DNA of 64,000 nt, taken from the NCBI RefSeq assembly GCF_018977255.1, contig NW_024704742.1:20152001-20216000 (forward strand). The letters run 5' to 3'. The position numbers and the translations under genes are program-made. Every line of letters begins with the position of its first letter. Positions within the stretch are counted from its first letter, which is position 1. Shown here piece by piece: positions 1-12,762 of this stretch. The stretch is from Callorhinchus milii (lineage: Eukaryota). The notes under the pieces were generated by a model. The model was not told where the DNA came from, searched no databases, and saw nothing but the letters and a program-made list of their open reading frames with translations.

Positions 1-724
1 AAAGGAGATGCTTCATTTGGTTTAATTCTGATGAAGATCATGGCAGTCAGCACAATCTGCCACTTGCATCAGTTAGGATTGAAGAGCGCACTGCAGTCTG
101 TTTACCTTTGATCGCTTTTTCACAAGCCACCTTGACATTAAACACAACAGAATACAGTTTACAGTTTGCTTGGTAAACTGACAAGATAAGAAAGAAAAGG
201 CATCTAGAGCATGAATACATTAAACATCAAAGTGTAGCGAAAAAGTATTGTTGAAAAAATATACCCGCAGTAGAGTACATGTCCAGGACTCCAATACAAC
301 ACAATTTACATATTGCCTTTCACATTGGGAGGATGTCTTAAAGGGTTTCACTGTGCTGCATGGGTAGCCAAGCTGGGAGTGGGAGCCGACGTGTGTGGGG
401 ATTGTTGAGCTAAACAGGTTGGTCATCCATCAACATTGGTTTTGAATACTAAGGACCGGCCTGACTTTGTCAAGCATTCCTCCTCAGAGATAATTCAGTG
501 GCATGGAAGATGTTCTTATTCTGAATGTAGCGCATTCACATTTAAATACCATTAGAGGCCAAAACTTCCACAAAACCTTAGCCTGCAAAAATTAATTTCG
601 AAAAATTCTTAATATCAGACTTTTAGAAGTCAATGTTCTGAAATTCTTGAAAACAGCCAGATTCCGAATTAAGACTTTTAATTTTTTTTAGAAATTCTGC
701 AAGCATTTTGCTTACATTGGAGAG

Positions 725-865
725 AAGAGAATTGGAGAGGTTCGAGAGAGAGGGATTGCGGTGGTTGAAAGTTTATGTGGGGGTGCGGTATAAACACCAG
801 CATGGACTTATTGGGCTGAATGACATGTTTCGGGGCTATAGATTCTATGTGTCTAATTCTGTGTA
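725..865 (+). mobile_element. Degenerate CR1-type LINE 3' end
   Basis: CCAGCATGGACTTATTGGGCTGAATG...TAGATTCTATG resembles the CR1 tail at 42120-42178. Confidence 0.55.
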
Positions 866-2471
866 TGTTAACTAGAAATGAAAACAATATTATTTTAGAG
901 GCAAAGACTATGTGGGATTTCAGGTATGTTCACATTTCTGTACGCCTTTTCTTTGTTGCAGCCCCTGTAATGCATTAAAATGCCACATTGTGTTGAGAAC
1001 AAGCAGAAACATTCCACGAGAGGTAAATGTGACTGTGGCAAATCATATTAGAGAAATGGGTTTTGAAAAATGTAACATTTCCACTGTAGATAAAAACTTT
1101 TGCTGTGCCATTGCCAACAGGCAAAAGTGAGAATTAAACAAGATGGGAAGGCTGCACATTGATATCCCCTGTTTCAAGAGGTTCACTGATGCATTTGTAT
1201 TTGAACACATCCCCTAGCCCTTTATGAATAGTTTATATGCCGTAGTGTTGAAAAATTAGGTTGGAATAGACCTACAAAGAAATCTACATTTCTAAAAATA
1301 CATAATGGTAAATATGAACTTTGTGATCTATGATGTGTTAAATATTGCTGATGATTATCCATCATTGATAAATGTGATTAAGAAGGAAGTCCATTAGCTC
1401 CAGGTGTGAGACCTCCACAAACTCCATCACAGCACAGGTCACAATTTTTACCCCCTAGATTTGGGGATAAGACGATAAATTGCATGGATGACGACTTTAA
1501 CTACTGATACTTGAAGCATTTGGTTTTGGTGAGTTGCCAGAGAAAAAGTTAGACTAGTGCAAGTACAAGTCATAGAGAGATGCATATACTGATATCTTCA
1601 TCATCATTATAGATCCCCTTTAGAGTCATGAATGGGTACCAACAGAAAATTTAGCTGTGTAACTCCAGATACCTTATTTTACATTCATTTCATGGCTGTT
1701 TATTGGGTCATAGCTGTTCGAAAATTTACTGCTGCATTTGCCTCCAAAATTACAGTCCTTTATTATATATTCTGTGAAGCATTTTGAGACATCCTACTAA
1801 CATGAAAGGTTCTATACCCAATGTAAGGATTGTGATTATTATTATCAGTTGACCGTTTTATGTACATCTATTGTGTTTGTATTTGAACTCCTTCTACTCA
1901 TAACCCAGTGGTTAATGTAATTAATGTGCACACTCTTCACATTTTTTTTATTCTCCTTACAAGTAGCACGACCTGGAATTTAATGATGTTTCATTTGTTC
2001 ACATTCTTCTGCCTTGCTGTATCTGACCATGAAGGTTTTAAAATTCAGACAATTGTGAAATTAAAAAACTGGTCCAATTCTATTGATTACTGCATTAATT
2101 GGGAATATTGGGGTAAATTTTGTCCATGTTTTAATGCGATCTTTAAAGGCATTCAATAACTTTCAGGAGGTTCTGGATCTTCTCTTGGCAATTGTCCTCT
2201 TCTAGCTCACCCGATGTGAAATAAGTAGCACATTAAATGATTGACAGGCTTAGGCTTGGACATAGCCCCAGGATTGCTGAATTGGGAAAAGTGTGGATTT
2301 CCCCTGTTTGGCTGATGGACCCCAAGAAATCACATATTGAACAACAGAAATCAATTAGATGTCAGAAGTTTTAAAAAAATGCCATTGGCCTGTTGATAGT
2401 CATTTGAAAGTTCCTTGGTTAACACAGGAAAACGAAAACTACTGCAAATACTAGCCTACATATATATTAGT

Positions 2472-2816
2472 AACAACAACAACACAATTACATTTATGGA
2501 GCGCCTTTCACGTCGGGAGGACGTCCCAAAGCGCTGAACAGTCAGGTGTGGGGGTCCGAGCATGGGGGAAGGGTGGTGTAGGGATGAGGGAAGGCAGAGT
2601 GGTGGGAGGGCGACCACAGGCATGATCGAAGAGAAGGGTCTTGAGATTGGCCTTGAGGAGGTAAGGGAGGAAGTGAGGCGAAGGGACCGTGGGATGGAGT
2701 TACAGAGTGTGAGGTCAGAGAGGCTGAAAGCCCAGCCCCTGATGGTAGGGCGGGTCGGGCGGGAGACATGGAGTAGACCAGAGCCCACCGAACAGAGGGA
2801 GCGGGCAGGTGGTAGA
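2472..2816 (-). mobile_element. L2 LINE 3' fragment (family A)
   Basis: Minus strand ends TTGGGACGTCCTCCCGACGTGAAAGGCGC...(TTG)n. ORF 2456-2833 has the L2 ORF2 C-terminal remnant RSLCSVGSGLLHV...TLCNSIP. Confidence 0.85.
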
Positions 2817-2877
2817 GTGGTAAAGACGTCCATTTACTTTACTCCACCTCCTACCTATTGTAGGAAAATATATATGT

Positions 2878-2920
2878 GGAGTCCTGTAGCTCAGTGGTTA
2901 GAGCACTGAAATTATTATTA
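2878..2920 (+). mobile_element. Internally deleted young SINE (head plus tail only)
   Basis: GGAGTCCTGTAGCTCAGTGGTTAGAGCACT followed by GAA and ATTATTATTA. Confidence 0.7.
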
Positions 2921-3095
2921 TACTAAACTTATCAAACCCTTTTAAGATTTCAATACCTCTGTTGGGTATAAGAAACGGCTCTTAAATTCTCTAGTGAAAA
3001 AGAACTAACCTATTGTGTCTATCCTGATAGCGGTAACCTACCAATCCTAGTATCATCCTAATAAACCTACTTTGTACTCTTTCCATTACTGCTAA
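2921..3095 (-). mobile_element. Old CR1 fragment
   Basis: CTTATCAAACCCTTTTAAGATTTCAATACCTC...ATCATCCTAATAAACCT resembles CR1 at 40510-40700. Confidence 0.55.
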
Positions 3096-3619
3096 ATCTG
3101 TGTGTCTGCATCTCACTTAATGCTATTTTTAATGTGAATTATTAATAGTATCAAATTAACAAAACATAATGGTGTTAAAGTACTGTTTTATTGAGATACA
3201 AATAAAGAAGGACTTGTTTGTCCCCTCTTGTCTGAGCAAAAAATATAATAATTTACCCTCTATTGTCTTAAAATTCTGCTCGTTTCTGCAAGCAATTGTT
3301 TTTGTTATAGTGTCTATAAAAGAAGTTTGAGACTAATTCAATGTCACAAGCATTAACCAAATGGCTTTTAGGAAACATCTACCTGCCTAGACAAAGTTGA
3401 CCTCTGCATGCCATTGCACAGTGCAAGTGGAGAAGAATGTCAGATTCATTTGTGAAGTAACTCGTGATTTAATTGACTGCAATAAAATCACAGCAGGAAC
3501 AGGCAAGTCTCAGAGAGCGAATGGAATGACTGACATGTAGATAGATAAAGAATTAAGAGCAAAATCAATGTAAACACGAGAAACAATCAAAACAATGATA
3601 GGTTATTGGAAGTCAAACC

Positions 3620-3811
3620 AACAGGAGCTGAGAGGGCTGACTCCCTACGTCCAGTGACTGGTCTGCCCTTCTAAGTCCTGCCGATGAGCCAGGCTGTCTG
3701 TGCTGTCATCAGCAACGCCCTGGAATACTGCGGACCAGCCTGGCTCAGGAACCGGACTACCAAGATCGCCACAGAGAGCTGGCTCGATTCCGCCAGTTCA
3801 GCTCCAAGGAG
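3620..3811 (-). mobile_element. RTE-X-like LINE fragment (ORF end and start of 3' UTR)
   Basis: Collinear with 17597-17810 (GATGAGCCAGGCTG...CCCTGGAATACTGCGGACC...GGACTACCAA). Confidence 0.7.
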
Positions 3812-4124
3812 ACAACAACAACAACAAGATTTCATTTATAGAGCGCCTTTCACGTCGGGAGGACGTCCCAAGGCGCTGGACAGTTGGGCCGGGACCTGAG
3901 CAGGGGGGAAATGGTCAGGGTGAGGGGAGGGAAGGGAGGGAGCGAGGAGGGGGTAGAGAGTCGAGAGGGGAGCTGAAGGCACGGTCGAAGAGAAAGGTCT
4001 TGAGACCGGCCTTGAAGGAGGAAAGGGAGGAGGCGGCGAAGGCACTGGGGGATGGAGTTCCAGAGCCTAGAAACTGAGAAGCTGAAGGCCCGGTCACCGA
4101 TGGTAGGGCAGTTAGGGCGGGGGA
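3812..4124 (-). mobile_element. L2 LINE 3' fragment (family A)
   Basis: (TTG)n tail, GACGTCCTCCCGACGT stem-loop, translation SSLSSFKAGLKTFLFDRAF. Close relative of 63689-64000. Confidence 0.88.
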
Positions 4125-4625
4125 AGAGAACGTATGGGTAACTGTCTCTGAGACATATTTTGTAAACTGGTACTTGTACCTCTATTACTAATGAAAATAA
4201 TCCTTATATTTTGTGCAGTGCCTTTCAGGAGGATGTCTCAAAGCACTTCACAACATATACTGTACATGTAAAGACTGTATTTTGTAAGAGTATTTAACAT
4301 ATTTTATGTATAATTTGTGTATTACTAGTAAGCGGTTAGGATCATACTTCCCTACATCTCCTAAAATGGTTTGGTAGATCAATGAATTGCACCACTAAGA
4401 ACCGCCAATGGTATTTGTGTCCATCTTTTTTTGGAGTTCCAAAATGCTGCAAAATAGGTTGTGACCTAACATCTTGCACAATAAACATGTAATGCGAGAT
4501 ATTGGGTAAGATGACAACTTATTTAACTTATTTAATTCCAACATTATTATCAGGTTTGCTTCAGATTATTCACAGTCTTAACTAGACTGTGATTTCTAAC
4601 ATCACATATAGTGAACCAACCTTTT

Positions 4626-4740
4626 TTGTACACAAAATACAGTCAATTCACTTTACAGTATATTCTGTGAAGTGCTTTGAGACATCTCAAAGATGTGATA
4701 AGGCGCTATATCAAATGCAAGGATTATTATTATTATTATT
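4626..4740 (+). mobile_element. SINE 3' fragment
   Basis: CACAAAATACAGTCAATTCACTTTACAG...CAAATGCAAGG(ATT)n. Confidence 0.75.
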
Positions 4741-5234
4741 TATGACCTTGATCAAAATATTCTCAGTAGTCATTGAATCATTGAAACTACCTTTGTACTT
4801 TCAAATACTAGATTGCATATTTCTGGCTTTGAAGCTAATAGCTCAATACATACTATGGAGCCATACCTTTGAAGTTGCTGGGCAGCACATACATAAAAGG
4901 AAACTTTAACCTTCACTTTGGAAGGAGTAAGGTCTTCTAGTTATGGCTGAGTGAATCATTTTGATTAGTACCTTATGTTCAGTCAGTTTGAACTGGTCAT
5001 AAACATAGCATTCCCAAAACAGAATTGTTTACATTAAACTCAAGCCTCCCACTTGTCTATTATTCCAGTGTTAAAATTCCAACAATTCTCTAGTATCTCT
5101 TCCCTCAACTCAAATGCAACAGATTGAAGCACCCAATCTTTTGTGCAGGAACTAGTGAGGCTCTCCCATTAACTCATCAAACTCCTCCGAAGCATCAATA
5201 GTGTAATAGGCTTGTACGATGGGTAATGTGGAGT

Positions 5235-5543
5235 GGAGTCCTGCAGCTCAGTGATTGGAGCACTCGCTTTGCAAGTGAGAGACCTGGGTTCAATTCCCGG
5301 CAGGGTGAAACCTTGGGCAAATTTCCTTACTCCACACGCCTGATAATAATCCTTCAAGAAAAATACAATAATAAATTGGTCACTTCAATCCACGACTGTT
5401 TGTGGGTCACTGCTGTGCACAATTGGTTGCTGCATTTCGTCTACAAAATATACAGTCAATTCACTTTACAGTATATTCCGTGAAGCACTTTGAGCCGTCT
5501 AGAAGACGTGAAAAGCACTAAATCAAATGCAAGGATTATTATT
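5235..5543 (+). mobile_element. Full-length young tRNA-derived SINE (more diverged copy)
   Basis: tRNA-like head with A box (CAGCTCAGTGA) and B box (GTTCAATTCC), body shared with other copies, (ATT)n tail. Confidence 0.88.
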
Positions 5544-5997
5544 GTACAATAGTACCAGTTGATAGCATGAGTAGCTGCTATCAAAATTAAGGGAGAAACA
5601 AGTACAGAAACTCAGATGGGAAGTAATGACTGGAACAAGTCTGGAAGAGTAGTCGAGACCACACTGGACTCATTTAAAAAAATAGATTGATGCTTTGATG
5701 GGAGGATGGATGTTCTGGAAGGAAGAGATCAGATGATTCGAAAGGCCTTCTTCATTAAAACCAATCTCGTCAACTTGTGAACAGGTCAATTGGTTCATGG
5801 CATACCACCCTCTACTGGCTGGGAAACTCACTCCTCTTCAAATGGTTATCTGGTTTCTCGCAGCTGGAAGGACCAGATGATTGATGTGGGAGAGTGACTG
5901 GGGGTGTATGAAGCTGTGAGACGAACGGCTCCCCAGCGATTGCCCTCTTTCCTCTGGGTGTGAGGGCTACCGAATGAGCCAGGTTGATACGTGACAC

Positions 5998-6120
5998 AAG
6001 GACTTCAGTGGTTCCACCACCAAGAGAAATTCCACCATCACCTTCTCAGAGCAAACCAAAATGGGCAATATATGTTTGTCCTGTCAATGTTGACATCATC
6101 CTGAGATGAATAAATAAAAA
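5998..6120 (+). mobile_element. Degenerate 3' end of a chondrichthyan-type LINE
   Basis: CACCATCACCTTCTCAGAGCAA...ATGGGCAATA...TGAATAAATAAAAA resembles a common shark LINE 3' end (recalled pattern, not searched). Confidence 0.4.
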
Positions 6121-6688
6121 TCCCAAATTGTGAAAATTCTGAGCATTGTTTCTAATAATATTTAAATAGTCCTAAAATATATTCCAAATTTTAGGTATAA
6201 GAAAGAAAATATTCTGCTTTGAGAAAAAAACATGTTTGCTTCATTTATAAGGCCTGATAACTCTGAACATCTGTTGATTGCAGGAATAATTTGGGACATG
6301 AATAATTCCTCAATGCAACCATCTATTATTCAAAATAATTATTTTTCGGTTTTCTGATTTTGCCTCATGCTTTGCAAAAAAACATTATTCATAAACATTA
6401 ATGCATGATTGGACTAAATGATTATGTCTTTATGAATATGCCTTGCTATGATCACTCCTCTGATATATTAAAAATGATGACCTGACATTCTAAATGTGAA
6501 TTTCTCCACTGAATTTTGTCATTTAACCTTTCATATGTGCATGTGAACTATTGAACAAGAAGTCAAGTTTGAGTTATTCTGACCTTCAAATACGTTACAA
6601 GAGTTCCTTTGGTGGGGAGCCCATAATAATTGCAAATTATTTGTGTGTAACAATCTGTTACTTTTTCATTAGTTTAATCCAATAAAAA

Positions 6689-6790
6689 TGTGTTGGTGGG
6701 AGACATGGAATTCTCAATTTGGTTTGGATACTCTTAAGCATGCTGAAGGGTTTCCGCTTGTGTCAGACACCTGATTGACTCAAAAAAATC
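6689..6790 (+). mobile_element. RTE-X-like LINE extreme 3' end
   Basis: GGTTTGGATACTCTTAAGCATG...GTCAGACACCTGATTGAC plus A-rich tail. Reverse complement of 8602-8690 and 62632-62725. Confidence 0.65.
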
Positions 6791-7816
6791 CAATAAAAAT
6801 AAAGTACAACCACCAATATTCTCATAATATTAAAAAATGTTATACCGTAGGTTACAATAATATGCCATTTAATCACAAATCAATTATCTGCCTGCCAAAT
6901 TATCTGAATAGACTTTCAAATGAAAGTAGATCCGGGGCTGGGTATGCATGTTGTTCTGCACATGTGCAAACTTCTGTGCATTCAACAATGCAAAGCATGC
7001 AACTCACTGCATTTTTATTAAATAGAAAACATGAAATTCAGTCCTAAATTGAAGGGGGAGGAAGAATAAAGAAGCGCTCCAACATTTTAGTTGTGTTGCT
7101 TTGTATATGAAAAAATTTCAAACTGTGTTTGAATGTTTGCTTAGGTGAAGGTGGTGCCCATAGTTCATTAATGTGCTATTTGAAATCCTATCATGCATGA
7201 ACCTTTCATGTGACCACTTATCACATTTTTCATTCTATTGATATAAACATTCTTCACACTATTTATCAATGTTGATTTTTGCAACTGGGAAGAACAAACT
7301 CCTTGCAAAGAGCAGATTTTCCAGATCTAAGGGAGCTTATTTGTAGTGCCATAGAGATTAACATTTAAGTGATATACTTCATCTTATTAAGGTAATCGAA
7401 AATTGTCGCCTATCCATAATCTTAGATTGCATTACTTTGAGGTGGATTGTGCTTGTGCCAGTCTTCCTTTAATCAGTCAACCTTTCTATAAATATTTTGA
7501 TACTGACATCTGAACTCAAAGGAATTCATGGTCAAGTTTGGAATTGTCATTGGTCAAATTTATTTCAACTTTAAGCAATCAATTAATTCCTTGTTGAGTC
7601 ACATTGAAGCTAGAAACAAAATGTTATTGCACGTGTTTCTGTTCTATTTGATACTAGCCAGTCATTTGCAGAACAAGCCTCATCACTGTGAGATTCAACT
7701 CACTCTCCAATAACCCTGGCATATTCACCATAATTTGCACAATTTTGCTATTTTCTTTACATACCTCAGCTTGTATAACCTTTTAGTATGTATCAAGGTG
7801 AAAAATACGGTATGTA

Positions 7817-7924
7817 CAGGGTGACCAAAAAGTTGTGATATCTACCCTATAATCTAAAAACAATCATCATTTCTTTAAGACTTATTAGACATTGGAATAT
7901 TATCACAACTTTTTGTTCATCCTG
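7817..7924. mobile_element. Tc1/mariner-type MITE (108 bp)
   Basis: 24-bp TIRs CAGGGTGACCAAAAAGTTGTGATA / TATCACAACTTTTTGTTCATCCTG (22/24 match), with TA on both sides (7815-7816 and 7925-7926). Confidence 0.85.
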
Positions 7925-8601
7925 TATTACATTTGATTTCAGTCATTTACAGCTTCAGCATTCCCTGAAATGAGAATTTTCCTTTTCTGGTTTGAGCTTT
8001 TCTAGGACCTAAAACATATTACGCTAAAAGACTTTTATTTTAAAATGTAATGTTGCTTAATGCTACAATGTCAGAACGTAGTCACAAACTTGGGTTTGGT
8101 CTTATTAAGACTTTATGTATTCTTTCCGTGAGCAAGAAAGAAGCAGAATGGTGATCTAGACCAACAGAGAAGCAAGAGGAAGTGAATTTACATTTATGTA
8201 TTCATCTCAATCATGCAATGAGCATTGCAAAAAGACAGATATTAGCTCACTGAATCTTCAAAGTAAATTTGCCAGAGTGCTGATTCCATACGTGTGTAGA
8301 TCAATATCAGTTCCCTCTCCTCATTCTATCAGCACAGAATTGTCCCTTTGGTATAATAGGAAACAATGATCTTCCTGTCTGTTTTCTTCTTATAGTCATG
8401 TGATTCAGAGATTAAAGCAATCGGAGCAATGGAACTTTGAACATGCCCGACGACAGCTTTTAGGCTGATTGCATTTAAATCCATGTTACACCTTTTAAAA
8501 CATAACATTTTCTGACCCGCTGGAGGCAGAAATTTAATTTATTTTGAATTATAAAACATAACTGCTATGAAAACATTAGGGCACACACAATTTAATTTAT
8601 T

Positions 8602-8888
8602 TTGGTCAGCCAGGTGTCTGACTCATATGGAAACCCAACACCGTGTTTCAGAGTATCCAAACCAAACTGGAAATTTCATGTATCCCACCTACATATGGAA
8701 ATCACAGGGATAGATTGTTGGAATGGAATGCGCACTCTCTTCCTGGAGGGACACAAAAGTCAAGCCTTGGGAACCCAAGAGTGTGCGTTGGATACGACCG
8801 GAGTCTAACCAGCTAAAACTGCATAGCTTACAATTGATATCACAGTCTCTCAAGCTTTCCGGCTGCTTGTCCAGCTAGGACCTACCTA
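8602..8888 (-). mobile_element. RTE-X-like LINE 3' UTR
   Basis: Matches 62632-62860 and overlaps 17479-17580. Minus-strand end is CTGACCAAAATAAAT. Confidence 0.7.
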
Positions 8889-9645
8889 ACTCCACTTTAC
8901 TAAGCCAGCCCGGAACCTTGGCATCTTGTTTGACCTTCAACTGTCCTTTCTACCCCACATCCATGCAATGACCTGCTCTGGCTTCCCCCATCTCCGCAAC
9001 ATCGCCTGGCTCCACCACTGTCTCACTCCGCAGGCCGTTGAAACCCTCATACACGCATTCATAACATCCAGGCTTGACGATGCAAACTCCCTGCTTGTCG
9101 GCCTCCACAATTCCTCTCTCCATAGGTTGCAGATCATCCAGAACTCTGCAGTCCATGTCCTCTCTGCACCAGCTCCACGATCCCATTATCCTCTTCCTTG
9201 CCTGACTCCACTGGCTTCCCATCACACAGAGGATACAGTTCGGGATGCTGGTCCTTATATTCATGGCCTTGCTCCCCCCTACCTGTGTGACCTTCTAACC
9301 CCCTACCAACGTTCCCGCTCCCTCTGCTCAGTGGGCTCCGGCCTGCTTCATGTCGCTCACCTCACCTGCCCCACCATTGGCGGGCAGGCCTTCTACCACT
9401 CTGCCCCCACCCTCTAAAACACTATCCCACAGTCTCTTCGCACCATCCCCTCCCTTGCCTCCTTCAAGACCTGTTTAAGACCCTCCTCTTCGACCATGCC
9501 TTCGGTCACCCTCCTTCCCCTCCTGCCCTCCACCCTCCTTGATCCTGGCCCCCAGCTCGGGTCCAAAACATTGACTGTCCAGCGACTTGGGACATCCTCA
9601 CGACATGAAAGGTAAATGTAATTTTGGTAAATGTAATGTTGTTGT
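8889..9645 (+). mobile_element. L2 LINE 3' fragment (family A), decayed ORF2
   Basis: ORF 8926-9417 has HLRNIAWL...[19 protein letters not shown]...LQIIQNSA (L2 RT thumb/C-terminus) and a (TTG)n tail. Confidence 0.92.
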
Positions 9646-9822
9646 CTGACATGTGGAAACCCATCTTCATGCTTCCAGTATACAAACCGAACTGAGAGTT
9701 CCATTGCATCCCACCTACACATGGAGATTCCCATGTATTGGTATCGAATGCACCCTCTCTTCCCTGGAGGTATGCATCTTGCTTATGGAGAGTATGAGGA
9801 GAGGGCTGGCAAGAACCAAGGT
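9644..9822 (-). mobile_element. RTE-X-like LINE 3' UTR fragment
   Basis: GTCTGACATGTGGAAACCCATC...CATCCCACCTACACATGG matches 62647-62840. Confidence 0.65.
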
Positions 9823-9929
9823 GATTCAGATGGATGTAAAGGGACCAGCTCTTCACTGCTTCAAAGAAACGTGGAGTTTTTCTCCTGGATATTCTCAACA
9901 TATCCAAGTTTACACCCAAATTCAAATTA

Positions 9930-10712
9930 ATTTCCTGGATGAGAGCTAATTTTCTTCAGCTGACCATCAACAAGACCAAAGCTGTCCTGATTGGCTCCCG
10001 TCAGCACCTCCTCATCTCAGGTACTGGCAGCATCACCATCCATGGTTGCACACTCCACCTTGCTAAGCCAGTCTGGAACAAGGGCATCTTGTTTGACCTC
10101 AACTATCCTATCTACCCCACAACTGCACCATGATCCGCTCTGCCTTCCCCCATCTCCGCAACATCACCCGGCTTAGCCACTGTCTCACACCGCAGGCCAC
10201 TGAAACTCTCATACATGCTTTCATTACATCGAGGCTTGACTATGCAAACTCATTGCTTGTTGGCCTCCCCAACTGCTCCCTCTCTAGGCTGCAGATCATC
10301 CAGAACTCTGCAGCCCGTGTCCTCTCCCATACCAGGCTCCGTGACTCTATCACCCCCATCCTCGCCGACTCCACTGGCTTCCCATCACGCAGAGGATACA
10401 GTTCAAGATCCTGGTCCTCAACTTCAAAGCCCTCCATGGTCTTGCTCCCCCTACCTTTACGATCTGCTAACCATCGTGCTCACTCCCTCCGCTCAGCGGG
10501 CTCCGGCATGCTTCATGTCCGCCGCCTCGGTCATCTCACTATTGGCAGGTGGGCCTTCTGCCACTCTGCTCTGTCCCTCTGGAACTCCATCCCGCAGTCA
10601 ATCTGCCTCATGTCCTCCCTTGCCTCCTTCAAGACCCATCTCAAAACATTCCTCGTCGACCGTGTTTTCGATCTCCCTGCTTCTCCCTCTGCCCTCCACC
10701 CTCCCCAACCCC
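9930..10712 (+). mobile_element. L2 LINE fragment, decayed ORF2
   Basis: MRANFLQLTINKTKAVLIG followed by [19 protein letters not shown]...[12 protein letters not shown]...FKTHLKTFL. Confidence 0.92.
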
Positions 10713-12762
10713 ATGTTATTATGCATTTATGAATGAATATGCATGGTTGGAATTGTGCTTGTGCTTTTGGTAAATTTAAAATGTTGTAAATTAAATTCTT
10801 TATTCTTTTGCAGTAAGAAATCAACTACAGAAGCTCACCTTTAACTCAATAAATATCCTGTGTTGTACAAAGTTATATTGACTATTCCATTGTCTGCTTG
10901 TGCAATTGTGATTGCTTGAATAAGGTGAATTGATTAGCTGTCTTGTATTCTTGACATACATGCATTGTCTTTCACGTGTAGTTGCTGTATCTTTGCATCA
11001 GCTGCTCCATTATAGGCATGATGACACCGCACATTGTGATGAGAATGATTAACTCTGGGCATCCTGTGCTACGCTCTTTTATTAAGAGATAACATTATGC
11101 TTCAGAGAGCAAGTCAAAGAACTTTTACTATTTGTACCATTTAGAGGATATTTCTCTTTGTCAGCAAGTTCACTGCCTTATGATGGAGTGTGAATAGGAC
11201 GAGATTTTCCATTCTGATCACAAACTGCTGTAAATGGAGAAATACCCTCAAATCTAATCGATCGAGGACTTCGGGGAAGTAATGAAACTTGTTTCTGCAA
11301 TTGGATTCAAAGGGTAGCAACAACAACAACAAGATTACATTTGTAATGCACCTTTCACGTCGGGAAGATGTCCCAAGGCGCTGGAAAGATATATCAAAAA
11401 ATAAACACTCTTCCGCCAGTCACACTACCTTTTTCTATGTCTCTATAACTTTTTCTGTTAACATCTAACTTTGCTTTACTGGCAAAAAAATTGCAATCAC
11501 ACACAAGAATTGCAAAATGATAGCTATACATGTTATGCCATGAATAACCCATATTCTGAGGAAATTGCATTCTAAGCAACAACAACAACTTGCATTTATA
11601 TAGTGCCTTACACACATTCATTCTGGAGCATCCTGGAGCGCTAATCTTTGCACATATATGTACAAATTGTTTGCTGGCATCTTGCAGCCCAGCAGTGTTT
11701 GACTGTTTCTGCAAAATGTGCAATGATTTTTAAGATGTAGTTTAAGGCAACGCCACTTATAATAATAAGAATCCTTGCATTTGATATAGCGCCTTATCAT
11801 GTCGTTGAGATGTCTCAAAGCGCTTCACAGGATATACTGTAAACTGTATAATTTGTGGGACAAATTCTCTTATACTTAGAAGAATATGGTATATTGGATT
11901 TCATGAAGTGACACTTTTAGTACTTCTAAAATAAGGCCCAATTGGAAAGAATAGAGCCAGTAATGCCACAAGAAAAATAATTGTTGTCATTTTCGTGAAG
12001 TTGTGTCCAGCCCTTTATCAGAGCAGCACCTAATACAAAGGAAATCAGTTATATGGCTTCCATGACTGATATATGTGAACTGAGGCCTCTCTAAGGAAGA
12101 AATAACATACAGTTTGATAGACTTTGACTTTTATGGGGTTGATTGCTAACAGTGCATATTGCACATTAAACACTTTGTCACTTCCTGACAGCACCAATAT
12201 AGAAGTGGTCAGAATCCCTCTATAAAAGAATCTATTTCATTACCATTGCCTTGCACAGTCTACAGTCATAGTGCTCCACAGTACTAAATGTGCCAAGGCT
12301 GACATTTTCAACCTAATGGTAGAAAGCTATTACAGTATTTATGAGAAAGGACAGGTGCCCCATTCTTCTCTTCTGTTCTTTTATTTAAAAAGAAAAATGC
12401 ATAATGGAAATTTTGAAAACAATCCAGAGAACGTTAGATCTGCTTGAGGATATTGGTGGATCTTGCCCACAAAGACCATCTTTAAGATTTTCTGTAACCT
12501 TTGAAGTAAATAGATCCTGATCATGCTTTTTATGGTCAAGAGTTACCTCCACCTAGCCACCATTCCTGTTCTCTATAACTTTTAAGGAAGAAAATGGGAT
12601 ATGTCTTATGTTATTTATCACCAGTTATAATTATTATATCAGATAATAATAATAATAATATAATAATCCTTGCATTTGATATAGCGCTTTTCATGTATAT
12701 GTTAATTATATATATATCCCAATTATATCCCAATTGCCTCCTCCCTCATTTTATTTCCTCAA

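Noticed and set aside
8602..10712. Apparent tandem duplication of an [RTE-X-like + L2] unit
   Set aside because: Breakpoints, internal deletions and intervening sequence differ, so independent insertions are simpler.
8926..10736. Long ORFs of 140-209 aa (also 52330-52761 and 56011-56640) as host genes
   Set aside because: They are frameshifted L2 ORF2 C-termini with L2 tails.
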